From NCBI GenBank assembly GCA_951406725.2, contig OX597836.1, positions 10,292,001-10,356,000 on the forward strand: 64,000 nucleotides of DNA, given 5' to 3'. This document shows, in pieces, positions 13,171 through 26,278 of this stretch. Within the stretch, counting starts at the first letter, position 1, and every line of letters starts with the position of its first letter. This stretch comes from Octopus vulgaris. Its lineage: Eukaryota. The position numbers were made by a program, and so were the translations under genes. The notes beneath the pieces are model-generated. The model was not told the origin of the DNA. It did no database searches and worked only from the letters and a program-made list of their open reading frames with translations.

Positions 13171-14031
13171 TGACATAAACGCACAGTACAATATCTCCTT
13201 ATCTTGGTCTAGCTAATCGTGATCATGCAATACAAAAATATTAGCAAGATGAAGGTTTCTGCTTCCCCTTTGTGGACTGCATATCTCTAGTGGTGAAGAT
13301 AAAAGAAGTGTGTCCAAGACGTTTCGTAGGATCTCCATCACTACTTGATCCAAAAACCAAAATCCTTTCTTTTAGTTCATTGTCAGCTGTTGGTGTTTAA
13401 CCTCAGGTCAGCTCTGAACAGGTCCGTTGCCAGACTTTGGTGTTAGGCAGGGGTGCTTCGAATATTCATTGACCAGTGAGGAGTCAATGCTGTCCAGTGC
13501 AACCCCTTAGCGAAGGACACGGTCCTGATTGAGAAAGACGTACGATCAGAGACGTTTCGGATATAAGTATTCCATCGTCTTCTCAGGCATAATACTGCAT
13601 CTAGGACCTTGTTGACCAAAGAATTCCCCTTTTTTCCTTTCTTTTAAGATAATAAGAAGTACGATTTAGGGAGAGATTTAGCTGGGATATCTAACGGGGC
13701 AAAATACTTGCATAGGACCAGCTAGCCCCTAAATGAAAAAAAAAGAACTCTATAGGGATGGCTAAATTATATGTTCACAGTGTACACACACACACACACA
13801 CACACATTCATATATACACACACGCAAAACACATACGACAAGAACACAAGAACATACACACACACACATATATATATATACACACACATACACACACAAA
13901 CATAAATAGATACACACACACACACACACACAGTTTGTTTGTGAAGCCATTGCTTGTGAACTTTTTCAGTCGCTGTCGATCGATGTGTCAACAGGGTATT
14001 AACAGTTGCTATAGAAACCACCAAGGTAGCC

Positions 14032-14082
<51 letters not shown>

Positions 14083-14512
14083 ACAGGGTGCGCGTGTGTA
14101 TGTGTGTGTGTGTGTGTGATGTATCTGTTTTATTTTTATTTGTTGGCGTGGTGGGTGGAGTGGGGTGGAGTGGGGTGAGGTGGGTGGGTGTAGTGTTTGT
14201 GGGGTGGGGTGGGGTAAGGTCGGGGTTGTTAGCGGTGTTGATGTAGAGATTTACATAGAATATTTAAAGTCAATAAAGATATACTACAGCCCTGTCTGTC
14301 TGTTTGTCTGAGATTGTTAAGAAATCATAACAACAACGACAACAACAATAACAACACACACACACACACACGCAATTACATCTACACATACATACATGCA
14401 TATATATATATGTATGTATATATATATATATGTATGTATATATGTATGTATATATATATGTATGTATATATATATGTATGTATATATATATTTATATGTA
14501 CATATATATATG

Positions 14513-14556
<44 letters not shown>

Positions 14557-14610
14557 TATTTGTATATATATATACATGTATATGTGTGTACATATCTATT
14601 AATGTATATG

Positions 14611-14667
<57 letters not shown>

Positions 14668-15149
14668 TGATAATGATGGTGATGGCGATAGTGATGTTGG
14701 TGGTATGGCGGTAGTGGTGGAGGTGGTAGTGTGTGTGTGTGTGTGTGTATATACGCATGTATATATACACATATATCTGTAAATATACATGTATATATGT
14801 ATATATATGTACGCATTCGTATATGTATATGTATATACATACATATATATACACGTATGTATATGTGTATTTATGATGTTTCTGATTTCCATAAAGACCA
14901 TGTTTACCATCTTTTATGGCACACTGACATTAAATTAGACAGTTCGGTGTATATTTGTGTGTGTTGGTTTGTTTGTGTTTGTTTGTTTGTGTATGTGTGT
15001 GTGTGTGTGTGAGGTGGGCAGAAAGAGAGACAGAAAGAGAGACAGAAAAGGGGTCTCGTGTGGATGTGGATGTGCGTGAGCATTTGGTTTAATTCTTAAG
15101 GAATCCATATGGTTTGCTGATGGTTTGTGGTACAGGAAGTGGCGATGGT

Positions 15150-15730
15150 AGTGATGTAGTTTCGGCGATGGTTGAGTGTCGATGATGGAGCTAGTAGCAT
15201 CGGTAGTTGGGTGTGGTGGGGGTGGGGGTGGTAGTGGTTTTCCATTGTTATGTTGCTGGTGTTGGCGATAGTGATGTAAGTAGCGGTGGTTGTGGTGGCG
15301 TTGGTGGTTGTGGTGGCGTTGGTGGTTGTGGTGGTTGAGGTGGTGGTGATGGATGGACGTAGTCGCGACAGAAGTGTTGGTGCTGGTGGTGGTATTGGTG
15401 GTAGTAGTGGTGGTGGTTCTGGCTGAGAACTTTGTGCTGATATTGTTGATGGTGGTGTTGGTGGTAGTAGTGCTGGTGGTGGTGGTGGTGGTGGTGGTGG
15501 CGGCGGTGGTGGTTGTGGTGGTTGTGGTGGTGGTGGTGGCATTGGTGGGGGTAGCAATGGTGGTAGTTTTGGCTGAGGATTTTGTGCTGATATTGTTGAT
15601 GGTGGTGGTAGTGGTGGTGGTGGTGGTGGTAGTTGTGGTGGAAATGTTGAAAGTAGCGGTGTTGGTGGTGATAACGATGGCGATGGCGATAGTGATGATG
15701 ATGGTATGGTGGTAGTGGTGGAGGTGGTAG
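15150..15730. repeat. (GGT)n-rich low-complexity tract with a ~150-bp internal duplication
   Basis: GGCTGAG..TTTGTGCTGATATTGTTGATGGTGGT occurs at about 15421 and 15571. Confidence 0.85.
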
Positions 15731-15999
15731 CGTCAGTCAAACTTGATGTGTTTGGCAATAAATAAATGAATAAATAAATAAACAGAACAAACATGGAGTG
15801 TATTGTTGTGGTTGAGGGAGATCCACCTGAGAAACAGCCGTGCGACAAGCTTTTATAGGTTGCGGGTGGACGGGTGGGCGTGTGAAGTGAAAGATCCCCC
15901 TCGTGAACTTCTACAAACTTCATGGATGTATTTTTTATTAAATAACAATCGGTCCGACCTGGAGAGACAACACTCTAGCCATCTCTCTCTCTCTCTCCA

Positions 16000-16060
<61 letters not shown>

Positions 16061-16089
16061 TTACAAATAAGACCAAAAGGGTACGGGCG

Positions 16090-16191
<102 letters not shown>

Positions 16192-16218
16192 GTATATATG
16201 TATGTATATATATATATT

Positions 16219-16303
<85 letters not shown>

Positions 16304-16581
16304 GCAATAATAATTCTCTAAAAGGGATGTGACGGTGTCGAGCCTTTCTGGTGACGTCGATGTTCGCCTGGGGCTAAATGCAACAGTAACACCCCCACCA
16401 CCCTGCCCTGTCCCTAGCCATATTCAGATGGCTTTAGTCCCTTATGTTATATATATATGTCTGTCTATATATTTTAATCTATCCGTCTGTCTGTCTTTCT
16501 ACCTGTCTGTTTGCTGATCTGCCTGTCTATCTTATCTATCTGTATGTCTGTCTGTATGTATGTATGTATGTATGTATGTAT

Positions 16582-16955
16582 AGGCGCAGGCATGACTGTG
16601 TGGTAAGAAGCTTGCTTCTCGGGTACATGGTTCGGGGTTCAGTCCCACGTCGTGGCACCTTGGGCACGTGTCTTCTACTATAACCTTGGGCCGACCAAAG
16701 CCTTGTGAATGGACTTGGTAGACAGAAACTGAATGAAGCCCGTCGCATATATTTGCGTGCGTGTGTGTGTGTGTGTTCTGTATGTGCGTGTGCGTGTGTG
16801 TGTGTGTGCATGTGTATGTGTGTGTCTTTGCGTCTGTGTTTGTCCCTCACTTGGTAACCGGTGTTGATATGTTTACGTCTCCGTAACTTAACAGTTCGGC
16901 AAAGAGACCGATAAAATAAGTACCAGACTCGCAAAATATAAGTCCTGGCGTCAAT
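16582..16955 (+). mobile_element. SINE A, 3' end missing
   Basis: GGCGCAGG head through AAGTCCTGGCGTC. Confidence 0.88.
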
Positions 16956-17004
16956 TCATGTATGTGTGTGTGCGTGCTTCTGTGTACACACACACAATGT
17001 ACAT

Positions 17005-17236
17005 ACCTATTTCTTTACTGCCCACAAGGGGCTAAACACAGAGGGGACAAACAAGGACAGACAAACGGATTAAGTCGATTACATCGACCCCAGTGCGTAA
17101 CTGGTACTTAATTTATCGACTCTGAAAGGATGAAAGGCAAAGTCGACCTCGGCGGAATTTGAACTCAGAACGTAACGGCAGGCGAAATACCGCTAAGCTT
17201 TTCGCCCGGCGTGCTAACGATTCTGCCAGCTCGCCA
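17005..17236 (-). mobile_element. Full-length SINE B
   Basis: Reverse complement of GGCGAGCTGGCAGAATCGTTAGCACGCC...GTAAAGAAATAGG. Confidence 0.92.
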
Positions 17237-17832
17237 CCTGTACACAATATACGTACGTAATATGAAAATATACGCAACCACGGTTATATGGGTCAGCACA
17301 TTGCATGAGGGGTGTCCACAATGACCGCGTATTAACCAATTCCTTACATGATGAGTATACGCAAAAAACTGCTGTTCAAATTTCTAAGATAACGATTTCT
17401 TTTCACAATAAATTTATTTCGTAAAGAGATTTGTTAATAAATGACACTACCATAATTTTATATTTTAATTAATTTTACTAAGTGGCTTATTACTTAATTA
17501 AATTATTTTGCCAAATGCATGTTTGTGAACAATGGCGTTGTTGGTTTATAAGTTTTCTAATCGACCGATTATATTGTTTTAGTGCATTTACCACAGCGAG
17601 GGTGACAAGTTAATCTCTGTAATTTGATGTAGACACTTCGTTTGAAAAGCACCGGTTGCTCGGATTTTTTCGCTGGTGCTTGCATGCATAGATGTATGTG
17701 GGTGTGTATACAGAGAGAGAGAGGGGGGGGAATACATAAATACATACTGGCATACATGCACGCATACAAGCATACTTATATTCACACATGCATGCATACA
17801 CACACACACACACACATATATATTTCTGTGTA

Positions 17833-17870
17833 TCTTTCTGTTGAAGAGCGTAGGCTCGAAACGTAAAAGA
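17833..17870 (+). ncRNA. Degenerate minimal hammerhead-like motif
   Basis: TCTTT..TTGAAGA-GCGTAGGCTC-GAAAC-GTA-AAAGA; core C3 is replaced by T. Confidence 0.35.
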
Positions 17871-17967
17871 CTTGTTCTATTTATATTCCTGAGCGCCATA
17901 CTAATACAATTGTTTGTTTGTATTCCACCTGCCTTCGTCTTTTGTTTATTTTACATAAAGCTTCCCG

Positions 17968-18002
<35 letters not shown>

Positions 18003-18053
18003 TCCCGGTTGATTCGGGGTTAACCACAGTAAGTATACTCAATACATAGCAGA

Positions 18054-18110
<57 letters not shown>

Positions 18111-18549
18111 AGTAGATAAACAGCCTCTCTCTATGTTTACTTGTCCTGTTTTCCATTTTTCTCGTTGTTTACGTATTTCATGTTATTTGTACCGTTGGTG
18201 ATGTCCTGTACCTGTGTGTGTGTGAAATTGCAAAGATTTTTTGGGGGATAACTGACAAAGAATTAGCAACGTCCCCGTTTTGTGTGTGAACCTTCCGTTT
18301 GTTCCTTTCTTGTGTTTCTGTTCAAATTTTCGAAGCTATCTATACAAAGCAAGTGGCTAAAGTCAGTCGGGTGTGAATTTGGGGTATTTCCAGAGAAGCA
18401 CTCAACCCGAATACTGAGCGATCAACATTGTCGACATCCAAGCCATGGCTGGAAGTCTCACGACGATTATACCGTCACATGGGTTTGGCGAAGAGTAAAT
18501 AATCCAATGAACAGAAGACAAAGAAAATTCTTTAACACATCTTTAATAA

Positions 18550-18664
18550 CAATTTACACCTGTTTCCGTACCATCTCCATTTGCAACGCCTGTTTATTTT
18601 CTAAAAGAAAAAATTGCGTAATATAAGCGGTTTTAGGCATTGGAGAGGCACGTCCTCAGACTTG
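18550..18664 (-). ncRNA. Type I hammerhead ribozyme with long stem II
   Basis: Minus: CAAGT-CTGAGGA-CGTGCC-TCTCCA-ATGCCT...AGGCGT..TGGAGA-T-GGTACG-GAAAC-AGGT-GTA-AATTG. The core is intact, stem II has three stacked helices, and stem I pairs 4 of 5 bp. Confidence 0.75.
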
Positions 18665-18800
18665 CGTCAAAGGCGTGGTATTACATTGTCCGTCAATCAG
18701 ACCGTCTGTCAACAAGGTCCGATAGACATACAATGTAACAGCATGACTTTGATACAAGTCTGAGGAATTGCCTCTCCAGTGCCGAAAACCGCGTATAATA
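18617..18800. repeat. Imperfect palindrome with ~90-bp arms, centred near 18708
   Basis: TATAAGCGGTTTTAGGCATTGGAGAGGCACGTCCTCAGACTTGCGTCAAAG...TTACATTG is mirrored by CAATGTAA...CTTTGATACAAGTCTGAGGAATTGCCTCTCCAGTGCCGAAAACCGCGTATA. Confidence 0.85.
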
Positions 18801-19070
18801 CTCCATTGATACGTGTACTCTTAATGTAGTTCTCAGAGAGAGTCAGCGTGACACAGAGTGTGACAAGGCTGGCCCCTTTGAAATACAAGTACAACAAAAA
18901 CAGGAAGAAAGAGTGAGAGAAAGTTGTGGTTAAAGGGTACAGAAGGGTTCGCCACCCCTACCCCCTACCGGAGCATCGTGAACCTTGAGGTCTTTTCGCT
19001 CAATAAACACACAAAATGCCGCCAAGCATTTTCCCAAGCATGCTAACGATTCTGCCGGCTCACTGCTTTA
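18800..19070 (-). mobile_element. Partial SINE C plus SINE B head fragment
   Basis: CAGCGTGACACAGAGTGTGACAAGGCTGGCCCCTTTGAAATAC and GCTAACGATTCTGCC. Confidence 0.8.
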
Positions 19071-19109
19071 GTAACTTAAGTAATATAATATACAATTACC
19101 AGAGATGTA

Positions 19110-19172
19110 TAAATCCTTAAATCCTTAAAAATGTTTTAGCCCGAAGGCCGCGGCCATGCTGGGGCACCACCG
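19110..19172 (-). mobile_element. Isolated LINE-type 3' tail with (TTTAAGGA)n end
   Basis: Minus: GGTGGTGCCCCAGCATGGCCGCGGCCTTCGGGCTAAAACATTTTTAAGGATTTAAGGATTTA. Confidence 0.7.
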
Positions 19173-19194
19173 CTGTATGTAGAAGTTTACAACT

Positions 19195-19815
19195 AAACAT
19201 CGCATAGCCATGTTGCACATTTACAGATTTTCGCCAAGTGGTAAAATGTCCAGCTTCGAAGTCCTGTGGGGCATTTACAGTTTCGTAGTTGTGTGGTATT
19301 TTCAGGATTTCATCGCTATGTGGTACTTTGGGGTACATGTAGTCTTATATCTATATGATATATTTAAAATTTCATAGCCATGTTGTACACTTAGTATCGT
19401 AGCCATATGATACGTTTATAGTTTCATGTCCATGCGGTATATTTTTAATTGTATAGCCATGTGGTATATCTAGTGCCATATTCATGTGGTGCACTTAGGT
19501 ACATAACCATGTGGTACACGTAGGTTAATAGCCAAGTAGTACATTTAGTGTCGTTTCAATGCGGTATATTTAGCTTCATTTCCATGTGGTACAATTGAAT
19601 TTTTTTAGCCATGTGGTACATTTAATTTTATAACCATGTGGTACATTTAATTTTATAACCATGTGGTACATTTAGTTTCATAGCAGTGTGGTACATGTAG
19701 TTTTTAACCATGTCGTACATTTCATATTATAACCATGTGGTGCATTTAGATTTATAACCATGTGGTAAATGTAAATTTTTTTAGCCATGTAGTACATTAA
19801 ATTTTATAGTCCCGT
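19195..19815. repeat. 25-bp minisatellite, about 25 diverged copies
   Basis: Consensus TA(A/G)CCATGTGGTACATTTA(A/G)TTT(T/C)A; near-perfect copies at 19631-19680. Confidence 0.92.
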
Positions 19816-20829
19816 AGTCTGTCCTGCTTTTCTGTTGTTTTTTTTATCGTAAAAACAATTTACTATTTTTGCGGTGAAACAAATAAAAGTGATTTCTTTT
19901 CAAATCAAAATTGTTATAGTCACATTTTTCTTTACCCTCATTAGCATATATTTGCATATGAAAAGAAAAGCGAATCATCGAGAAAATATCACTTAATGTT
20001 TAGATATTTCTGAACTGGAACAACAGAGTGGTTCCATGAAATAAACTATTGGATTTTTGCCTTCGATTATCAACTCTGTGTTTTGTGTGTCCATTGTTCA
20101 ACAATTGCGTTTAGGTTTTATAATAGACAAACAAACAAAAGCTAGTAAGCGTATGCACAGTCTTCGGCGCATAATAAGGAATCTCGGAAAAGGTGTGGCA
20201 GAAAGAAGTGTTCTTGCAGACAATGGAATTGTAAAATAAATAAATAAATAAATAAATAGCTGAACGAATAAAACTCATTAGTAGCAATAATTTATACTAA
20301 TTAGAGAGAAATCGGTTATTGGGGAAAAATGTTCCCAAAACCAATGATTATAATAGGAGGCAGGTTGATTAATTGGGAATTTTAAAAATGGTTTTTTTAC
20401 TAAAATGAAAAAAAAAAAGGGGGTTATATTTGTAAATTGGTAAAGATGTGTTAAAGAAGGAGAAGAAAAAGAAATGAATTTTGGAAGGAAGGGGGGAAAG
20501 GAGAGGAGAGGAGAGGAGGGGTGAGAGGAAGGAAAGTGAAGGGTAGGGTGTTGGTGAATGGGTGGGTGGGTGGAATGAAAGGCTTGTTTGGAAACAAATG
20601 AAGTTTTGTTTTGTTTGTTTTTTTTGGATTTTTTTTTTGTTTCGTTTATCACGCATTATTTCTAAAGATTTCACACTTTTAACGTTGGATTTTTAATTTC
20701 ATATTCCACGATCGTTTAAAAAAAAATTCAAAAAAAAAATGTATAAAAAAACAAGCTATGAAAAAAAACCTTGTTCAATACTCATGTCCACACACACACA
20801 CATACACACACACACATGCACATACACAC

Positions 20830-21065
20830 ACACGTTCATATACATTAGGGTGTACATGTAAGGGTGTCTACACACGCACACACACACACATACATGCACA
20901 TACACACACACACACACATGCACATGCACACACACGTTCTTATACATTAGGGTGTACATGTAAGGGTGTCTACACACACACACACACACACACACACTCA
21001 CTCACACACATACACACACACGTTCTTATACATTAGGGTGTGAATGTCTCATGTAAGGTGTACAT
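20830..21065. repeat. Three-copy ~95-bp tandem repeat with (CA)n spacers
   Basis: CACGTTC(A/T)TATACATTAGGGTGT at about 20831, 20933 and 21019. Confidence 0.85.
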
Positions 21066-21499
21066 AAAGGTTGCGGGAGGGGGTGCTGGAAGAAGGGGGA
21101 AAAATTGACACCCGCTGACAAAGGGGCGGGTAACATTAATAGAAGAGAAAGGGCTCGGTGTCAACTGTGATCGTTGCTTTAGAATGCATGTGTAATTAGT
21201 AAGGTCTTTCCAACAATATTGGTCGAATGGAGGAGATATGCTTTTTTATCTGTGGAAGAATGGAAAGAGAAGAGGGGGGGAAAAAAAAGCAAAACACTAA
21301 ATGAATAAATAAATAGCAAATAAATAAAAAATAAGGAAAAGTATATAGAAAAGAAAAGGGGGCGTGAGCGGGAGGTGGGTGGGCAACTATGGAGAGCTTG
21401 AACAATATGGTGGTATAACAACAGCGGTCGTGACAATGACACCAACAACGACAGTAACAACAACAACAACAACAATAATAATAATGATAATAATAATAA

Positions 21500-21540
<41 letters not shown>

Positions 21541-21863
21541 ATAATGATAATAATAGCAGTAACAACAAGGATAAACAATGGCGGCACCAAACTCCAACAG
21601 CGGTAATATAAACAACAAAAACATCATAAAGAAAAATAGACCAACAAACACACCACCACTACCACCACTACCACCACTACCACCACCACCAACACTACCA
21701 CCAATGAAGACATCAACCACATCAATAGCAACAACATTAAATGCAATACCAACGGCTACCACCCACCCGCCAACAACAACAACAACAACGACAGCAACAA
21801 CAAATGTGTGTCATCTTTCTTAGCAACGAATCTCTCTTATGCGACTGGTGTGTCTTTTTATGT

Positions 21864-21917
<54 letters not shown>

Positions 21918-22074
21918 GTGCGCTTATAGTTGGTGCATGTGTATGCATATGTAAGTGTCTGCGTACGTCTCAGTCCACTCACACACACACATACCCGCAC
22001 CAATATACGTGTATATATGTATATGCACATATACATATATATATGCAAATATGTGTGTGTGTGTGTGTGTATGC

Positions 22075-22130
<56 letters not shown>

Positions 22131-22223
22131 ATATATGTATATAGTGTGTAAGATTGTACGTGTGCTTCGCAATCATGAGGTTGCGCTTTCGATCCCATTG
22201 CATAACCCATTTGGTGTGTAGCA

Positions 22224-22524
22224 TAGTGTTCCCAAAATATCTCCAGGCCCCAATATAACTTCCCAGAAAAATGTAGCCCCACCAGTGGTTGGAACCCCCC
22301 CCCCCCCAACTTTATTACTAATATTTTGTTACAATTATTCAAGAATCTGCCGGTTACTCTTTTATTAAGTACAGAGTACAACAAGAATGTACATTATTGA
22401 CAAAGGAAAACAAAAAGTGAATCATGTTTCTGAGAACCTTGTGCCTGGTGAATGCGGCACCACGCCCTACAGCAATTTCCCTGGCTCCACCGGTGGGGCG
22501 TATGCCCCATGTTGGGAACCACTG
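22224..22524. mobile_element. hAT-type MITE inserted in a decayed SINE
   Basis: Ends TAGTG-TTCCCAA / TTGGGAACCACTG; flanking 8-mers GTGTAGCA and CTGTAGTA match at 6 of 8 positions. Confidence 0.65.
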
Positions 22525-22939
22525 CTGTAGTAGACCAAAAGATCAAAGCTTTGGGAGTGACAAGGGGTAGACACAAACTGGGTACCATCCCGTCAGATGG
22601 ACTGCACCTGTAATTCAATGAACCACCATTGTCAGAGACTGTTATGTCACGCTGACCTTTTATTTTATTTTATTTTATTTTATTTCAATTGGGTCTGAAA
22701 GGAGGGAGCAGTGCATGTGAACTTCACTGGCCCTTCAACATCAGTGAGTTGGATGCCATTAATGTTTTGCTTTGAGATGCTGCAAGCCGCCGATTGTAGA
22801 AAAGACCTCACAGGGAGAGAGAGAGAGGAGAGGATAAAGCACAGCAATGGATTATGTGTATCTCGGTACGGCTTATTGAAAGTTGGGGTTCATATCTCGG
22901 TAGGGCTCATTGAAAATTGGGGTTTAACTGATTCGTCGG

Positions 22940-23190
22940 TTCAGGACCTGGAACATCCAAGAAGGAAGCAGATTTAAAGAGGAGCACAGAGATTCAACGA
23001 GGGTGTTAGTAGAAGGGGCTGGAAAATGCATATAAAGGGGCCTGAAGGTTCAAGGAGTGGCTCGTAGGTCCAAGGAGAAGCCCCAAGATTCGAAATGGTG
23101 ACCGGAAAATTAAAGGAGAGTTTCGAAAATCCAAAGAGTGGGTTGGGAGATCAAAGGAAGGACCTGAGAAATTCAAGGAGCGGGCTTGAG
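22940..23190. repeat. Highly degenerate 20-21-bp minisatellite
   Basis: A T(T/C)CAAGGAG-like core recurs at about 23049, 23069, 23089, 23110, 23130, 23151 and 23172. Confidence 0.65.
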
Positions 23191-23739
23191 TCAGTAGGTG
23201 TAGGTTAAAGTAGTGATGAAAGGCAAACAATTAGTCAAGGTAGGACAAGGACATTTAATTCTATCTAAATTTTAGTTACATAACGAAAGGTAAAAATAGT
23301 AAAAATAGTACAAAATGATTAAGATTGCTGTTTCTTGGATGTCCCTGCTATTGGAGTATCGTATCGAGCAAAGTCTATAAGTTGGGGACACCGACATCGG
23401 AGAAATATAGGTTAGATAGTGAAAGAAAGTTCCTTGTCAATGCTATGTATTTTGGTTCATTATGTCCAGGTAGGCAGGTCCGATTAAATCCAGTTAGATC
23501 TGCTCTTCTTTAGGTAAATCCATGACCAGAAAGAATGGTTAAGGGGTACAGCATAGTGAAAGATGGGAAAGAATTGTTATGCAGCGCTCCATATTGAGGG
23601 GAAAAGGAAAACGTATGCTAGCAGATCCAAAATTGTGCATCAGATAAAGATACATTCTAGTGAAAGAAAAGATAGATAAGTAAGAGGCATGTAGTGGATA
23701 TACATTCTATTCTACTCTAGGCACAAGGCCCGAAATTTT

Positions 23740-24392
23740 GATGGATTTGGTAGACGGAAACTGAAAGGAGGCCGTCATATATATATATATATATGTTTGT
23801 GTGTGTGTGTGTTTATGTTTGTGTGTCTGTGGTTGTCCCTCCAACATCGCTTGACAACCGATGCTGGTGTGTTTACGTCTCCGTAATTTAGCGGTTCGGT
23901 AAAAGAGAACGATTGAATAAGTACTAGGCTTACAAAGAATAAGTCCCGGGGTCGATTTGCTCGACTAAAGGTGGTGCTCCAGCATGGCTGCAGTCAAATG
24001 ACTGAAACAAGTAAAAGAGTAAAAGAGAGAGACTTTTTTTATTGTTCTAATAATATCTCACAGTTACTTGTGTTACCATAGCCCCGGGTCGACTAAAGCC
24101 TTGTGAGTGGATTTGGTAGACGGAAACTGAAAGAAGCCCGTCGTATATATGTATATATATATATATGTATGTCTGTGTGTGTATATGTTTGTGTGTCTGT
24201 GCTTGTCCCCTCCCCAACATCGCTTGATAACCGATGCTGGCGTGTTTACGTCCCCGGCAAAAGAGACCGATAGAATAAGAACTAGGCTTACAAAGAATAA
24301 GTCCTTGGGTCGATTTGCTCGACTAAGGGCGGTGCTCCAGCATGGCCGCCGTCAAATGACTGAAACAAGTAAAAGTGTAAAAGAGTAAAAGA
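23740..24392 (+). mobile_element. Two adjacent 5'-truncated SINE A copies
   Basis: About 23740-24030 and 24075-24392, each ending in the CAGCATGG...TGACTGAAACAAGTAAAAG tail. Confidence 0.9.
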
Positions 24393-24740
24393 ATATATAT
24401 ATATATATATCAGAGAAACTGTTCTCCTCCCAAGATGTACCGGATTGTGAGTGACGTCGGCCTTAGCGAGCCATCAGCGTTGAAATATTGTGTGCATGAG
24501 TGACACACATATTTTATAACCTGTTTAATTAAATAATCTCATTCAGGGGGTGTCTAGTTTGAACCTCTTGTGAAAGCAGCCCAGAGTGATGTATGTACTT
24601 GGCTTAAACTAAGACATCTTCAACTTAAAGAGAAATAAAAAAAAAAAGAAGGAAGGCGTGGGGGAGAGGAGATGGGAGTATTAATTCTCACCGCTACCAC
24701 CACAGCGTGCATATACATACACACACATACATACATACAT

Positions 24741-24806
<66 letters not shown>

Positions 24807-24961
24807 GTACACATATATACATATACGCATATACATATATATATATTCATAGAGGCGTGTACGCACATACACATCTGTATATAGATGTATATACATATTC
24901 GTTTGTCTGTCTGTGTGTTTATATACATGTATATGCATGCATATATATATGTGTGTATATG

Positions 24962-24994
<33 letters not shown>

Positions 24995-25145
24995 GTATAT
25001 TTGTATAGCCATGTACATATAGATATATATATGTATGCATGTGTGTGTGTGTATATATATGTATATTATTTATAACCATGTACATATAGATTATAAGTGT
25101 ATGTATGTATATATATGTATACACACACACACACACATATATATG

Positions 25146-25196
<51 letters not shown>

Positions 25197-25513
25197 ACAC
25201 ACACTCAAGATTGATGTCTATGTAATAATGTTAACATAAGACGGAGGGCGGCGTCGCAGTTAAAGTATTTCCTCCTATTTTTCTTATTTTCTTCTTTCTT
25301 TCTTTCTTTCTTTATTCCCTTTTTTTTTCCTTTTCTCTTTTTTTTTATTATTTCCTTTTATTTTTATTTATTTTTTTTTTGTCATTTCATACCTATCAAA
25401 AAGATGTAGGATATATTTTATTTGCCCCTTCATTGCTGCTGTTATCTAGCCGACGACTTAAGGGGAATAATTTGAGAGCCTGACCTTGTTTCGTTCATTC
25501 ATTTATTATTATT

Positions 25514-25544
<31 letters not shown>

Positions 25545-25804
25545 TTTTTTTCAGTATTAAAGGCTCCTTCTTAAAAGTTACTCTATTATAAGCAGCAAAC
25601 ACTTTATTAAATATATATAAAAAGGAGAGAACCCTCTCAGAATCTAATTTATTTATTGTTAAATGCTCTTGGTTTCTATCAGTTAACTATAAAAGCAATA
25701 TGGCCGGTCGAAGTAGATTAGCGAAGACAAGTTGTGTATCCCATTGTATTTTGACTTAAGCTCCACACATCGTTGTGTTTAGGTATCTATCGGTTAATGG
25801 TCGT

Positions 25805-26278
25805 GGTGAGCTGGCAGAAACGTTAACACGCCGGGCGAAATGCGTAGCCGTATTTCGTCTGCCGTTACGTTCTGAGTTCAAATTCCGCCGAGGTCGACTT
25901 TGCTTTTCATCCTTTCGGGGGTCCATTAAATAAGTACCAGTTACGCACTGGGAGTCGATATAATCGACTTAATCCGTTTGTCTGTCCTTGTTTGTCCCCT
26001 CTGTGTTTAACCCCTTGTGGGTAGTAAAGAAATAGGTTAATGGTCGTGGCGAGCTGGCAGAAACGTTAGCACGCCGGGCGAAATGCGTAGCCGTATTTCG
26101 TCTGCCGTTACGTTCTGAGTTCAAATTCCGCCGAGGTCGACTTTGCTTTTCATCCTTTCGGGGTCCATTAAATAAGTACCAGTTACGCACTGGGAGTCGA
26201 TATAATCGACTTAATCCCGTTTGTCTGTCCTTGTTTGTCCCCTCTGTGTTTAGCCCCTTGTGGGATAGTAAAGAAATA
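25805..26278 (+). mobile_element. Tandem pair of full-length SINE B with triplicated TSD
   Basis: GGTTAATGGTCGT at 25792-25804, 26035-26047 and 26279-26291; both copies share private variants. Confidence 0.93.

Noticed and set aside
13312-13352. GACGTTTCG Penelope-type half motif (similar at about 28075-28115); TCGTCAG at positions 2-8
   Set aside because: The CUGANGA core is missing, or the rest lies outside the window; too decayed to call.
15096-15923. 275-aa proline-rich ORF (formin/extensin-like appearance)
   Set aside because: It derives from a (GGT)n tract and includes an (AAAT)n translation; no globular domain.
23300-23660. Possible decayed CR1/L2 LINE fragment
   Set aside because: Only a vague resemblance; no translatable motif I can support.
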